From contig NC_135259.1 in assembly GCF_964204865.1 (NCBI RefSeq), positions 5,642,001 through 5,706,000 on the forward strand: 64,000 nt of DNA, written 5' to 3'. This stretch comes from Styela clava (taxonomy: Eukaryota). The notes under the pieces are model-generated. The model saw only the letters and a list, made by a program, of their open reading frames with translations, had not been told where the DNA came from and made no database searches. Numbering within the stretch: position 1 is the stretch's first letter; every line of letters starts with the position of its first letter. This document shows, piece by piece, positions 28,809 to 41,972 of the stretch. Position numbers and translations under genes: made by a program.

Positions 28809-29902
28809 TGGCGAATTCAATTGAATTCTGGGTATTTTTTCCAGGCCCCATGGTGTTAAACTTTAGTTATCTATTCAACCTTTCACACTTAATAATAGAT
28901 TACCTGCTAATTAGGAAAACAATACCTTACACAAGTCAAGTCTGCAACTGCAGGTAGGCCCACTAATAACAGTAGTTTGTCATCTGCTTTCCATTGAAAT
29001 GAGGGAGCTTGTGAATATTTGAAGAAATTGATAACGGCACACTATTACCACATTATCACTCACCATCAACGAAGTGCTGTCCGCAAACAGTGAAACACAA
29101 GTGAGATGGCTTCTGGACTTGACACCAACACCAAGCAGTTCTGCCAATAGGCAATAGATGATATCCACATTGCGCGACGTTCCGGATCTTTTGGAATCAG
29201 TGGAATATAACTTGAGATCCATTTACGAATACGGAACAATACGAAATAACCATTTTCAACAGTCAAACAAAACTGTAACGTATAATCCGACTTGTAACTG
29301 ACAGGAGCCAAATGGACGTTTTTGATTTATTGCCGTCCAGTAACAAAGTCACGTGTCCCGTGCAAGTCCTCTATACGTATATCCGGATCAAAAACTGCTT
29401 TTTGCTTAATTGACACAGCGACTCCGTCTACTGCTACATTCATGTTGTAATTTGGGGGGTTCCCACGGTCTTCACGTGTCGCAGTGTTTCTTTTTCTGTG
29501 TTTGGTGTTTGCTTTACTGCTCAAGTTTTGAAATGCGGGCATGGAGACACGAGAAATATGGTGAACGGAATTCGATATACAAGAACGGACTACCGTACAT
29601 CCGTAAATGTTTAAAATAGACACAATGTGAACGTTACATAGGGAAAGGCAAGCAGCATAAAGACGACATGAGATCGGTACATACCGGTACCCGGTACAAG
29701 TGTTGGATCCAGTGAATAAACTTCAAAATGACCAGATTGTGGACCAGATTCATGGTTAAAAAATTCTTGCCAGACTAAAGGAGTATCAGAATTGAGAATA
29801 TCATTTTCAAAATTTTAATTTTAACTCGAGGTCGATGAAAATTTAGAATCAAACAATTGTGGAAAACAAATTTTAGTAATACTGTAATATTGACATGCAG
29901 AC

Positions 29903-30944
29903 GTACGGGGGTCTAGTATAGTTTAGTACCACAAGTACTTCTGTTGTGCGTAGGAATTTTACATATGTTATTCCTAACCCCCACCTGACTATGTCATCCA
30001 AAAACTACGTCACTACGACGTCACAATCACGTCATAGAGCTTGCCCAGTATAGCTACCATCGTCCGGGATGGCATCTGCGCCGACGATACCAAACTCATT
30101 ACGACGCAAGAAATCCAAATTGGGCTAAGTCCATTTTTCTAGTTTTGAGAAAAACCAAAAAACGTTTTTTTTTTGTTTCTTTTTTTTATTTCTTTAATAC
30201 CTTACATCGAGGATGTCTAGTTTTTATGGTCCACCAAAGTTACAATGAAGGCCATATTTTGATGGTATAAAAACATTATTGCTCCGCCCCAATTTTTTTG
30301 GGGGGTTTTTTTTTGGACTTAACCCTTTTTGGCTCTCAATTTTCTGGACCAGAAACAATTTTATTGGACTTAGGGCCCCTTTATTATGTTATTATAGAGG
30401 CTGGTATGGACTTAGCGCTTTGTATTATATTTTTTGAGAGGAGCTATGTCCAAAAAACGGACTTAGCCCCAACTTGCAATGCAGTTATCCAGAGCTAAGT
30501 CCACTATAGTAGACACAGCTCTGTTTAGTTCTCAAATGCCCTAAAAAAAGCAGGGTTATGTCTATAGCTGTCTTGAGATCTAGAGCACCTAGAGATAAGG
30601 CAAATAGACCAAAATTTAGAGCTAAGTCCAGGAAAATCAGCAATTGAAAAATGTCATTTTTTGGAAAAGTGGACTTAGCACTGTTTGGTTTTGAGGTGTC
30701 GATTAACGCCAGCCCTCTCTCTCATGTCGGGATCGTTGCGACGAGAAAACGAGAGAAATAGCTTGATCGATTTCGGTTGATACTTCGTACACTTCGGAGA
30801 TATTTATTACGCCAGTGTGGTGTCGTAGTGACATAATTTTTTGGTGACATAGTCATGTGGGAGTTAGGAATAACATATGCAAAAATTGTTGAGCCAGGCC
30901 AACTAGAAGTGCATGTGGTACTAAACTATACCAAACCCACATAC
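29903..30944. mobile_element. Long-TIR MITE upstream of DDX10, interrupted by a second element
   Basis: About 120-bp imperfect TIRs (GTATAGTTTAGTACCAC...CATATGTTATTCCTAAC.CCCAC.TGACTATGTCA...CACTACGAC). Confidence 0.8.
30102..30701. mobile_element. 600-bp MITE with 4-bp TSD ATTA and repeated GGACTTAG motifs
   Basis: CGAC...GTCG termini, about 39-bp imperfect TIR, ATTA at 30098-30101 and 30702-30705. An empty site is visible in the host copy near 2275-2300. Confidence 0.8.
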
Positions 30945-31297
30945 AGTACCAACTTATACAACCCTACTTTCTGTCAGCCTGTCTTTGATAGACTGTTTTG
31001 AACACTTTTTTAGTTTCTGCAAAAAAAGTTTTCTCTGGTCTTTAATTTTCATCATTAAAGTCTAAAATTCTGACTCCAGGGAATTCAAAATTTTGATTTT
31101 TGATTTTAGGAAGTTTGAAAATTCGCCTTGCTTTGATTCCAAAACAAAATGCCAGAGTCCAACTTCATAGAAGTGCTCTTATTTTATTCTTCATGTTATG
31201 TCGTTGAAAACATAAAACACTTGTTAAAATAGGTATGACATTTAATTTTTCAATTCAACAGCATTGTATAGATATAAAAAAAAATTCTAATCTGAAA

Positions 31298-34200
31298 ATG
31301 AGCAACGACATTGCAAGCTTTGAAAAATGGAAGGAAAAGAAAAAGAAAAACAAAGAAATGGGTGGCAAAAAGAAAAAGATGTTCGTGAGAAAAAGACAAT
31401 GGGAAGTCGAAGTTGAAAAAATTAAAGATTTGGAAAAGTTGTATGAAGAGGTGGGTTGCATCTTTTTACATCTTGCCCATTTCACATTTAGGGATTTGAT
31501 AATCAGTGGTTTGATTTTCATATATTTTATGAGTGTATCTAACTCATTATCTGAACAAAGCCAAGCACCCACTTAGAAATAGAGATTTACAGTGCACTTT
31601 ATCTGCTCAACAATATGGGACTGAAATTCATTTAAAACCTCACTTTCTGTTTAGGTATGAGTTTACCAAAATCTTCAGTAATCTAAGACGCTTTGCATGA
31701 AAGTTCTCTCAAGAATATTATGTTCTAATTTACCTAGGTTCCATTTTTGAGTCACACTGTGAGAAATGACTAATTTTTAAATCCCATTAAATGGACAATA
31801 ATTTAATATTTTATTTGTCAAATTCTGTGAGACCGTATTACCATATTTGTTTTTAAATATTCTCCAGTTTGATGTTACTAAAGCAGAGACCTTTGAAGAA
31901 TTTCCTTTGTCTGACAAAACTAAAAAAGGTTTGGAAAAAGCTGGATATTCTAAACCAACAGCGATTCAACAGGCTTCATTTACACCTGCTATCAAAGGCA
32001 GGGATATACTTGGTGCTGCAAAAACTGGATCAGGGAAAACACTAGCGTTTTTAATTCCGGTAAATATTTTTAAAAGTTGTGTTATTTCTGTAATTTTTCA
32101 CGATGCATATTTTAGTATTTTTGCAAACAAGGCTTATTATTACGATAGTATTATTATCGTAAAAACACATGATCTGACGCTACGTTATGCCACACAGAAA
32201 TCATGTGTCGCTATATATTGGAATATTTCCTAATTACTAAATTTCTAATAAAATTTCAGGTACTTGAATGTTTATTCAGACAACGTTGGTCATCCATTGC
32301 TGGACCTGGTGCTCTTATCATATCACCCACCAGAGAACTTGCGTACCAGACTTTCGAAGTTCTTAAAAAGGTATATTTATTAACTCCTCTCTAAAAAGTC
32401 AATTTTAAAATTGCTATTATAGTTTTATAGATATATGAGTTTTCTTTGAATTTGAAAAAAGTCTGAAGAAAATGTGGAAACAACTTTTTGTTTGTTTCCT
32501 ATATGGCGCTCAATTTAGATGTGTCGCTTCATCCAAGACCATGTATAACAGCCACTCATATCTGAAGATAAGTAAAGGGCTATCAATTTTGGAAGAAGCG
32601 AAAACTTCCCAGTTACACCCTGGGTGAGGTGGTAGACATGGGATTTGAACCAGAGATGTTCAACCTGCGAATCCCGGCACATTCAAGTAACACTTTATTG
32701 GGCAATCACATCAACAATAATAAATTTGGTGGCTTATGATAATGCCTCAACAACTTCAATGACTTGCAATTTGATCATGATCGTTCCAGCAATTACAGGA
32801 TAGTACAAATGGTAGTTTAATGATTACAGAATATCATTTTGTTCAATAGATTGGACAATTCCACGATTTCTCTGCTGGACTTGTGATCGGTGGAAAAGAC
32901 GTTAAATCAGAATCATCTCATATGTCACGAACAAATATATTAATATGTACACCTGGTAGATTATTGCAACATATGGATGAAACTTCCTATTTTGATGCCT
33001 CAAATTTACAGGTTTTAGGTAAAATAATTTATTGTGTGATCATTTCTGATGATATTAATGTTTATAAATGATACATCAATACTTTAATTTTTGTTCGACT
33101 TGACAAAGTCTGATAAGTTATCAATGACACAGGCAGCTCCATCTCCAATCCAACATTATTGAATGTTTAATAAGTGCTGTTTATTTTATAACTTTAACAG
33201 CTAAGCTAGAATTTAAAGTTTTAGATTGTGTATTTCAACATTAAAATATCCATGTTACGATTGGTGTTTCCACTGCTCTGCTGACAAGGTCATTGAAGTG
33301 ATAGAATAACATAATCTCTTTCTACAAAATAACAAGTATTTTAGTGGGCTTTGGTCAGATCATAGTCAATCTTTTTCAAACAATACAAGATATAGCCGTA
33401 TTATTTAAACAGCAATTGTTAACAATGTTATTCTGGTTTTACTTGTCCAATATTTGTCAAGATAGCTCAGTTCTCAAATGTTTTTGACTCTTTTAAAACA
33501 TAACCATTTCATTTCAGTACTTGATGAGGCAGATAGAATACTGGACCTTGGCTTCAAAGCTACACTGAATGCTGTGATTGAAAACCTACCTACAGAGAAA
33601 CAGACTTTGTTATTTTCTGCTACACAGACAAAGTATATAGGCTATTATATATTTGCAAAAACAGATTATGTACTGATTCAAAAACCAAGAACTATGCTTT
33701 GATGACCAATTTCAGTTTTCAGAAATAAAATGAAGACCTTTTTGGTTATGTGTAATTTAAGTCGTTGCCAAATGATTCAAGCCGAAGTCATAGGTTTAAT
33801 GACTGGTATAAAAGAATCATAAATATGATAATGAGAGTGTTCGCAATTAGTTGTCCAAAATGTTGATAATTATTGTTGAGTGAGAGAAAGTATCTTTTTT
33901 TAAATTGGACTTGGTGTGCATTCAATGCAATTTTCATTATTTCTCAGATCAGTAAAAGATTTAGCAAGATTGAGTCTTCGTGATCCAGCTTATGTGTCTG
34001 TTCATGAAAAATCAAGAAGCAGTACCCCTGCTGGTAATTTTGGATTAGTTATATAAAGTTCACTTGCAACTAAACTTATATATGTTATTGAAAAAGTCGG
34101 TTAGGTAATAGGAATTTCCAAAGTCGGGAGGAAAAATTAAAACAGCTCTTGTAATGAATTCAAATATTTAACTTCGTTAGTGATAATATTATTATTCGTT

Positions 34201-37200
34201 TATTAAATGGTTAATGAATTTGTTATGATTTTAGTCGGACTTGATGTTTGATTTTCATCATGCTTCGCTTTAGGAAGATCTCTGTGAAGGATGGTTATGT
34301 GTGAGAGAATTGCCCTTCTCCTGACCACTGCAGGGTTTTTTGCATATTTGCTTCTTGGCTCACGCTATTATCCAGGTTCAAGCTTAAACTGGTTAGGAAT
34401 TCCCATATTTTATCTAGACTGGTCATCATTCTTTAATATTAATATTATACTACTGATTTTCATCTTCACCATTCCATTCATACAGGTCTAAATCAAAAAT
34501 ATGTTGTCTGCAAACTTGAAAATAAACTTAATATGTTGTTCTCATTTGTCAAAACTCATCTGAAAACCAAAACGCTGGTTTTCTTAAGCTCTTGTAAACA
34601 GGTCAGTATTTTTCATATGTTATAAGAAAATTTTAATAGGGAAATTTTCATCATTCAAAATAATAGGTTTCCAGACATGCAAAAATTTGTTATAATTAAT
34701 GATATGCTACATACTAAATACTATTGTGTTCAATGTTCATACGCATACATATAACCGTGTCCAGGAAATTTTACAGCGTAGGAAAATTCGCTGCGTGTGA
34801 TTTTAGAAGATTTTTCGATGACATATTTCTCATAGATGTTGTGGCCTCTGATTGTGATCACGGATCACCAAAGCTGAATAATTCTGAATGCCTTCTAAAT
34901 AATATCTTTAAATATGGAATATTGAATATATTGTAAATGTAAATTCTGTAGTAGTCTATGCAAATGGGAGAAAGTTACATAAAGAGTGCTTTGATTGGTT
35001 CTAGATTTATTATTTATACCATAGTTTTCAGACATTGAACGAATGCCTTTTCAGTCATACTGTGAGTCTACAACCTTTCAGAATGAAAATTTTTCGAAAA
35101 AAAATCTATATTTTAATTGGTTATCAGGTATTAGAATCGCTTTGTACACCCTTTTGATTGTTATCGTATTGTTCAGGTTCAATATGTCTTTGCTGCATTC
35201 TGTAAATTGCGTCCTGGAGTTCCGATCTTGATGCTGCATGGTAAAATGAATCAAATGCGGAGGATGGCAGCCTATGATGAGTTCTGTAGAAAACAATTTG
35301 CACTTTTATTTTGTACTGATATTGCAGCAAGAGGATTGGGTATGACTGAATATTTGTGATTATATTTGACCAATGTAGTTCAAACCATGCCATTTCAAGG
35401 CCTGCTATGAATCTAATTATAAAAAAAATGAGATTGAGTAAAGCTGTCAATATTAAGCATTTCAGTTCAATAATGTTGGATTAAACAGATAATATCAGAT
35501 ATTACTTTTCATTAGACTTTCCATCGGTGGATTGGGTGCTACAACTTGATTGTCCAGAAGATGCTGAAACTTACATACATCGGGCTGGTAGAACGGCTCG
35601 TTACCACGGTGAGGGACATGCTCTATTAGTTTTATTGGAGTCTGAAGAAGAGGCCATGGTACAACAATTGCAAGACAGAAAGGTAATTTGCTTGTTTTAT
35701 TGACATACGATGTACACAGTGGCCAGTAAATTGAGTTGCAATGCAATATACAATTTATTAATTTCAATCAATTTATCTCTTTTATTTTGTTATCTAATTG
35801 TCAATTTCTTTTTAGGTTCCAATCAGTAAAACTGAAATAAACACTGAAAAATTCACAAATATCAATTCACGTTTGGAATCATTTTGTGCTGCTGATCTTG
35901 AACTTAAACAAAGAGCACAGAGGGTTTGTTTTCTATTTTGTATTTTTATATTTAATCTCCTACTATGCTTATGATATAGTAGGATTCTTGTCTATACCAT
36001 TTAAAAGAAATATCAATAAACATAATGAAGAATCTGAGAAAGGTTTCATCGTACTCAGAGCTTGCCTGAATCAAATACCTTATTTACTATTTGAAAAAAA
36101 AATTTGGGAATGATATTTAGAATGGAGAGTATTGAATATATTTTATATGTAGCTCTAATTCTGAGCTAATAATAATTGACAGTAACGAAATTAAATAATT
36201 TCAACCTGGACAACCAGTGAAGAATCCCTTCTATTGGCGGTTTGTTAATGTGGTGCCAATTAATCTGGGAAAAAACTCACGGTGCACTTACACCATAAAA
36301 TTGCTGCCTTTAAATAAAACTCTGTTCTGTGATCGTTATTGTGTACTTTTGAAGTTTGTAAACATTAGGCCTAAAGAATTAAAGCAAATGGTCAACCAAT
36401 GATTCTTCCTCATCTCTGCGTGATTTTTCTTTGAAATACTAAAAAAAGCACAAGTAGTGTCTACCCTTACTGGTATGTTACAGTCACAGCATTTAAAATA
36501 AGAAACAGTAAAACATAAATATAATATGTAAAACATTCAATAATATATTAGTTACGTTCAAAACAATTCTGTTAAATTTCGAAGCGCACTCAGCAAATTG
36601 TGCCCCCACTGCCTTTTTTTTTGGTTAACAATTCATTAATGGTACATGAAAAATTAGCCATTGTAACTGTAAGGTCATTTTGCTCCGAGATGATTCTCTT
36701 TCATATATTAATTATAGAGTGAGTACACCCGATCTTGCTTTAAAAGAATTCAAAAAATTTATGGACCTAGAATGTGGAAATATAGCTGGCAATTGATTTA
36801 TTGATTATTTCATATTGCAGTGTTTTGTCTCGTATATCCGATCTGTGTTTTTGATGAAGAACAAATCAGTATTCTCCGTTCAATCACTACCTCTTGCTGG
36901 ATATTCACAATCACTCGGACTTGCAGTCACACCCCGAGTTCGATTCCTACAGAAACATGAAGCAAATAAAAATAAGGTATCCTTGAAGAAATAAAAACTT
37001 TTTGGGCATTGGTTTCAAAAAATGATGTCATAAAGTCAGACTGTAGTCTCTACTGTCGAAGTTTTGCATAATTCTTTCGATATTGATGTTGGAGGTGCCA
37101 CTATAAACTCCTCTGTGTTGAAAAATTAGAATTTTTTGTAGTCAAAATTTCATACTTTTATGGTTACAATCGAAGCTTAACTCAAAGAGCATCAAGCATT

Positions 37201-40200
37201 CGGGGCAGATAATACAGGAAAGCCTGCATTTGTGACAGCCTTCACTATCAAAATTTTTGTCTTGAAACTAGAGTCAAAAATGAAAATGTCATGCAACCTG
37301 AAGTCAAAAGCCAAATTTAAAATTTTTGTAACCAAAATCTGGAGCTGTTTCCAAAAAGGCTTGGAGTTTGAAGTCGGTAGTCTGGTGTAAGTTTTCCATC
37401 TCCATGGCGTCATAAAAATGTTGTTCTGTTTCAGAATAAAACAAGTGTTGACGAAAATTCCAATATGATAATATCGAACAATAATCATGAGAAAGAAGCA
37501 TTTAGTGGACTGGACACAAGTGAAAATGATGTTGGCGATATGTTCCAAGTCAAGAAAAAAGATGTTTTCAACCTTGAAGATGATGATTCGGAGAATGGAG
37601 AGAAAGTAAGCTTCGAATATAATTATTTACTTTTATTTTTGGGAGGCATGATATGTTAAACAGAAAGAGAAATGATAGATTAATTTCAAGTTGAAAATTC
37701 AAATAATCTTGTTTTTGAGGAGTACTAAAAATCTGTGTTGAAATTTCTTTTCCAACTCAGGACGGCAAACCATCCAAAGATAAAACGATGACCAATGTTG
37801 GTGCCATCAAGAAGCTTTTGAAGAAAAAATACAAATATAATCAAAAGATTCTTTTTGATGAAAAAGGAGAGGTAATATGCTCAATATATATTTATCTTGA
37901 GCTGTCTTTTTTTCAATGACTGTTCTTGGCAGGGTTTCGAAATCTGAGCATGCTGTAAATGATACTGGATTTGGAGCCGGATTTGTATTTTTAAACTTTA
38001 AACCGGCGTCAAACGTAGTCTTGAATTCTAGACTTCTATTACTAGTGATTTTATTTGTATACGACGCTTATCACACTTTCATTCAGGAATGGCAGCCACT
38101 GATATCAGCAATATGAGAGGAGCTACTATTATTTGGAAGGACCAATATCTTTCTTGTTCTTACCCAATTTGGGGACATATAATTTGAACCTGATATTGGT
38201 AAACTGCGATGCCGTCACAGTTTAGTCATAATTCCTGATGTAGTCGAGAGCTGGAGTCAGAGTCAATATTATTTTTCACTAGATGTTTAAATTTAAATGG
38301 TTTAGAGCAGCGGTTCCCAAACTATGGCTCGCTACTCACTGGTGGGTCGCAAAAGGAATCTTAGTGGGTCGTGAAAAGATGTAGAAAGCTTTGATCAATT
38401 ATACTGATTATTAGTATCGGTGGCGACTCGAATACGTAAATCTTAAAAAAAACAAAAGAAATTAAATTGAATTTAAATTCTAATCTGTGAGAGTTTCCTT
38501 TTTACGATCTTCTCAAAGGAACAAAAATTTGCTACACCAAGAATGACCATGTGGCTTAACTGGCTTTTTTACGCATAGCAGTTTTGTACACTGTACAGTA
38601 AGTAATTCTTACAGTGTTTCCCGAAATTTAGACAGGATTTAGATTTATTTTTTTGTGAAGAATACCACTATGATTTTTTTTAATTTATTTTAAGGGTAGG
38701 GTTTAATTAAAATTATTTTTAAAATTCGAATTAGGTCTTATTTTCAAGCCAGGTCTTATTTTAGGGAAAACAGGGTAGTTTTGCGATAATTAGCCATCGC
38801 TGTGTTCTGTGTTATGTCATGAAAAGTTAAATGGGTCGCCATAAGATGTGGTAATAAATAGTGGGTTATTATTATTATAGTCAAGCCCAATAATTTTAAG
38901 TATTTTAATACTGAACAGCCATGAAGTGTTTTCATGCGTTTTCAGCTCGTGCAATAATCAAGAAACGTTTCAGAACCAAAAACATAAGCAATCAAAACAT
39001 TGGTAAAATTAAATTGTTTTCACTGATCGCTTCGCTGTATTTTGAATATTCTCATATAGATGAATATCTAATGAAATTCAAACTTTATATTTATAAGGAT
39101 TTAATTTTTTTTCTTCTGAATATGTGTTTATTTACAGCTGGTTGAATCTTGGCCTCCGGTTGATCCAAAAATTTATAGTGAAGAAGGTGTAGCTGATGAT
39201 GGTAAGAAAGTATTTATATGTAGAAATTTTATAATTTTTGAATAAAAGTCTGTATGAACTGCAAATAGACAAGAGTTTCAATATGAAAAGCGTTGCAATT
39301 ATTTTGAAGTTTTGAATAGGTTGCTTACTTAGAACCAAAGTTTTTAAAAATAAAAGTTCAAAATAAAATAATTTCGGTTTTCACTTCAAACCTGGTATGT
39401 GTTTCAAATCAGCAATTACTTTTATCGGAATTCTATCACATAGCACAAAATTTAAAAACATATTTAGGTTGCACAATATATGCCAGTTCCCTACAGATTT
39501 GAATGCCATTAGGACTATATCTAGTTGAATAATAAATTTAGTCAAATAAAACCTCATAAATTCTCAATGTCTTGTAGACAATTCTGAAGGTCTTGATATT
39601 GAAAAAGCCAAAATAGAAATGCAAGAAAGGGATGCTGTGGACAGACAACGACATAAAGAGAAGGTTAAGTTAAAACATCAGGAGAAACGACATAAAGATA
39701 AAGAAATGAGACGACAGTTACAGGCGAAAAAAGAAGGGGTGGGTAGACTATTTCTAATATTAAACTTTTTTGGAAATGCCGCTTATTCGAACCATTTGTT
39801 TTGAATTTGGCCCTATGCAAGCTGCCACTGATATCTAAGGAGCTAATATTTGAACGGACAGGAATCGTCTCAGTTCTGTATTGCACACCCAATTCTATTA
39901 CACCCCGGGTGGGGCGGGGACGTGAGATTTAACTTGAGATGTGTCATCTGTGATGCTAACTTAGTTAAGTCTAGCACTTTAACTGCTACTTTATCGGGCA
40001 TCTATATAGTGTACAATGGTTGGGAAATCCAAGATATTTAAGAGATATTTATTGGGTCAAAAAAATCTATGTGCAAGATTAGGGTCTGAAATCAATTCGG
40101 TGAAATTTATACATTTTCATAAATTTTCTGCACTTCCACATACTGGAGGTACAAGTTGACCCAAAAACGGAATCCATACAGAATGTTTACCACACCTAGA

Positions 40201-41212
40201 TTATATTTAATGAACTGTTTTTCAGTATATCAATCCAGTACTTATTCACTAGTTTTACTCTATATTCTGATATGGTGGGTTTTTGTTTTTAAATTTCATT
40301 TCTAAATTCTACCATTATAATCAAATTATATACATGATATTCCATTCATCATAATTTTATATAGTATGATGATTATGTTTGTAAATTATTGGAAAAGGAA
40401 TGGTTGGTTGTAAAACACTTAGCGAGTCATCCAGTCATTTCACATGTCAATATTGTTATGTTTTGAGTACCGGGGTATAATCTAACTAAATCATTTCTAC
40501 GAATTGAAATGGTATATTTGTATTTAATTGAATATACAAGACTATTATACCAGCCAAAATCAAGTATTTATTGAACGCTCTAAATCAGGGTTGTGCAACT
40601 TTTTTTTTCGGTGGTCCATAAAATCAACCAAACAGCGAAATATATAACACGGCAATAAGAGCAAAAAACATGTATTTTTACCCATGTGAGAGCCTTTTTA
40701 CACATAAACTGTCACATAAGATTTTATGATGGGGCAAATCTAAGTGTTGACAAGGACTGCACTAAATGGCTTAGCCCGCAGCGCGGGCCACCTGTTGCAC
40801 ACCCCTGCCACAACTCAAACCTCTTTATGCCATAGAAATGTTTTCTGCATATGAATATATTCAAATGATTATCCGAACCATGTATCCATCCTTATTTCTA
40901 ACTTAAATTTTTAACATATTTCAGAGATCATATAAGAAAGATGAAGAGGAGGTAGTTGCTCATTTGGGAGATTCTCAACAATACGACGATTCAGAGGATG
41001 AAAACAGTGATCTGGCCGAAACATTTAGTGTTGATGCTGATATTGAGGAACAGTTTTCTAGAAAGAGGACTTTGGATGATTTCAATGACAGACAAAATGA
41101 CTCACCTAAGAAAACAAAATTAAAAACAAACACTTTGTCGGACATAATGATTGATTCAGGGTTTTCTTTAGAAGATGATGAACAATTAGCGTTACATTTA
41201 TTGCGGAAATAA
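31298..41212 (+). CDS. DDX10: DEAD-box RNA helicase DDX10/Dbp4, about 776 aa; exons 31298-31450, 31868-32059, 32260-32370, 32850-33018, 33518-33632, 33948-34033, 34486-34601, 35177-35339, 35516-35682, 35816-35923, 36821-36976, 37435-37605, 37761-37871, 39138-39201, 39578-39738, 40925-41212
   Basis: Q motif, [65 protein letters not shown], and C-terminal [15 protein letters not shown]. Exon lengths sum to 2331 nt, in frame. Confidence 0.95.
38308..38840. mobile_element. hAT-type MITE remnant in DDX10 intron
   Basis: CAGCGGTTCCCAAACT start with GGGTCGC subterminal motifs; right terminus eroded. Confidence 0.55.
38612..38775. mobile_element. pogo/Tigger-like MITE nested in the hAT remnant
   Basis: TA|CAGTGTTTCCCGAAAT...ATTTTAGGGAAAACAGGG|TA; same family as 20687-20998. 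Confidence 0.7.
40586..40807. mobile_element. hAT-type MITE in last DDX10 intron
   Basis: CAGGGTTGTGCAAC / GTTGCACACCCCTG TIRs; TSD not preserved. Confidence 0.72.
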
Positions 41213-41750
41213 AATGCTGGTCAAGGAAATCACTCAATGCACTGTGTACTGATCCGATTCTTTACATTTTGCATGGATTAGGACTAACACATAACATTAC
41301 TTATTCATCTTTTTGGAAATTTGTAATGGACTTGGGTGGTTGTTTGGAAAAACAGTTATAGTTAGTTTTCATTTTGGGCAGTGTTATTGACTTACTTCTT
41401 TTGCATTGCATGATTGCTACCAGCTATATTCATGTTGCGGATAAATGAAGCACAAGTAATGTCTTTTCCATATCATGTGCCCGGATGAAATTTTTCTGTA
41501 TAAAAATTCGAAACAATGGTAAATCACTTTGTTTTGATAACACGTGCTGTGCTTCATTTATCCTCCATACTTTTCGGTCTTTGCTTGAAAATCTTGACAC
41601 TGTAGTTACCACAGAACAAAACCTAACATGCCTATGAAGTGGACTTAACTTTGGAGTATTGATTCAACATATATACATGTATACCAGCAAAGACTTCACC
41701 CGCAAATGAATCAATTCCATTTTTTATTGTTTTCCGATTTAAAAAAATAG

Positions 41751-41756
41751 AATAAA
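41751..41756 (+). promoter_or_regulatory. Probable DDX10 polyadenylation signal
   Basis: AATAAA about 540 nt after the stop, followed by T/GT-rich sequence. Confidence 0.45.
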
Positions 41757-41873
41757 GTAAACACAAGTCTTCTTTCGATGGTTTTCATATGTTTCTCATA
41801 CCTGTAGCTAGGTGGGAAGTATATATGAAGTGGCCATATATTATCTTTGGGCGGATATCGCGCGCCTCCGGAC

Positions 41874-41972
41874 CTGACCTAGACTGGTGACCGGATGAGA
41901 GGCCGTGGTTCGCCATATGATTAAGCCGTCTTATAGACTTTCCTCTCCCCGGGATAAATATGTGAATCCTGT
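41874..41972 (+). mobile_element. SINE 3' fragment
   Basis: GAGAGGCCGTGGTTCGCCATATGATTAAGCCGTCTTAT...CCCCGGGATAAATATGTGAATCCT. Confidence 0.8.

Larger units (their letters stand above)
26622..29372. mobile_element. ISL2EU-like (PIF/Harbinger-related) element with about 0.8-kb inverted arms and THAP and YqaJ pseudogene remnants
   Basis: AGAGGACTTG termini flanked by AT on both sides (26620-21, 29373-74). Arms about 26622-27455 and 28599-29372 are inverted copies. Confidence 0.8.

Noticed and set aside
31233-31261. 29-nt GT-AG micro-intron before the DDX10 ATG
   Set aside because: Much shorter than any other intron in the window (shortest rebuilt is 72 nt).
33047-33113. C/D box snoRNA in DDX10 intron 4 (TGATGA...CTGA)
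   Set aside because: No convincing terminal stem or recognisable rRNA antisense element; such motifs are common in AT-rich DNA. A snoScan run would settle it.
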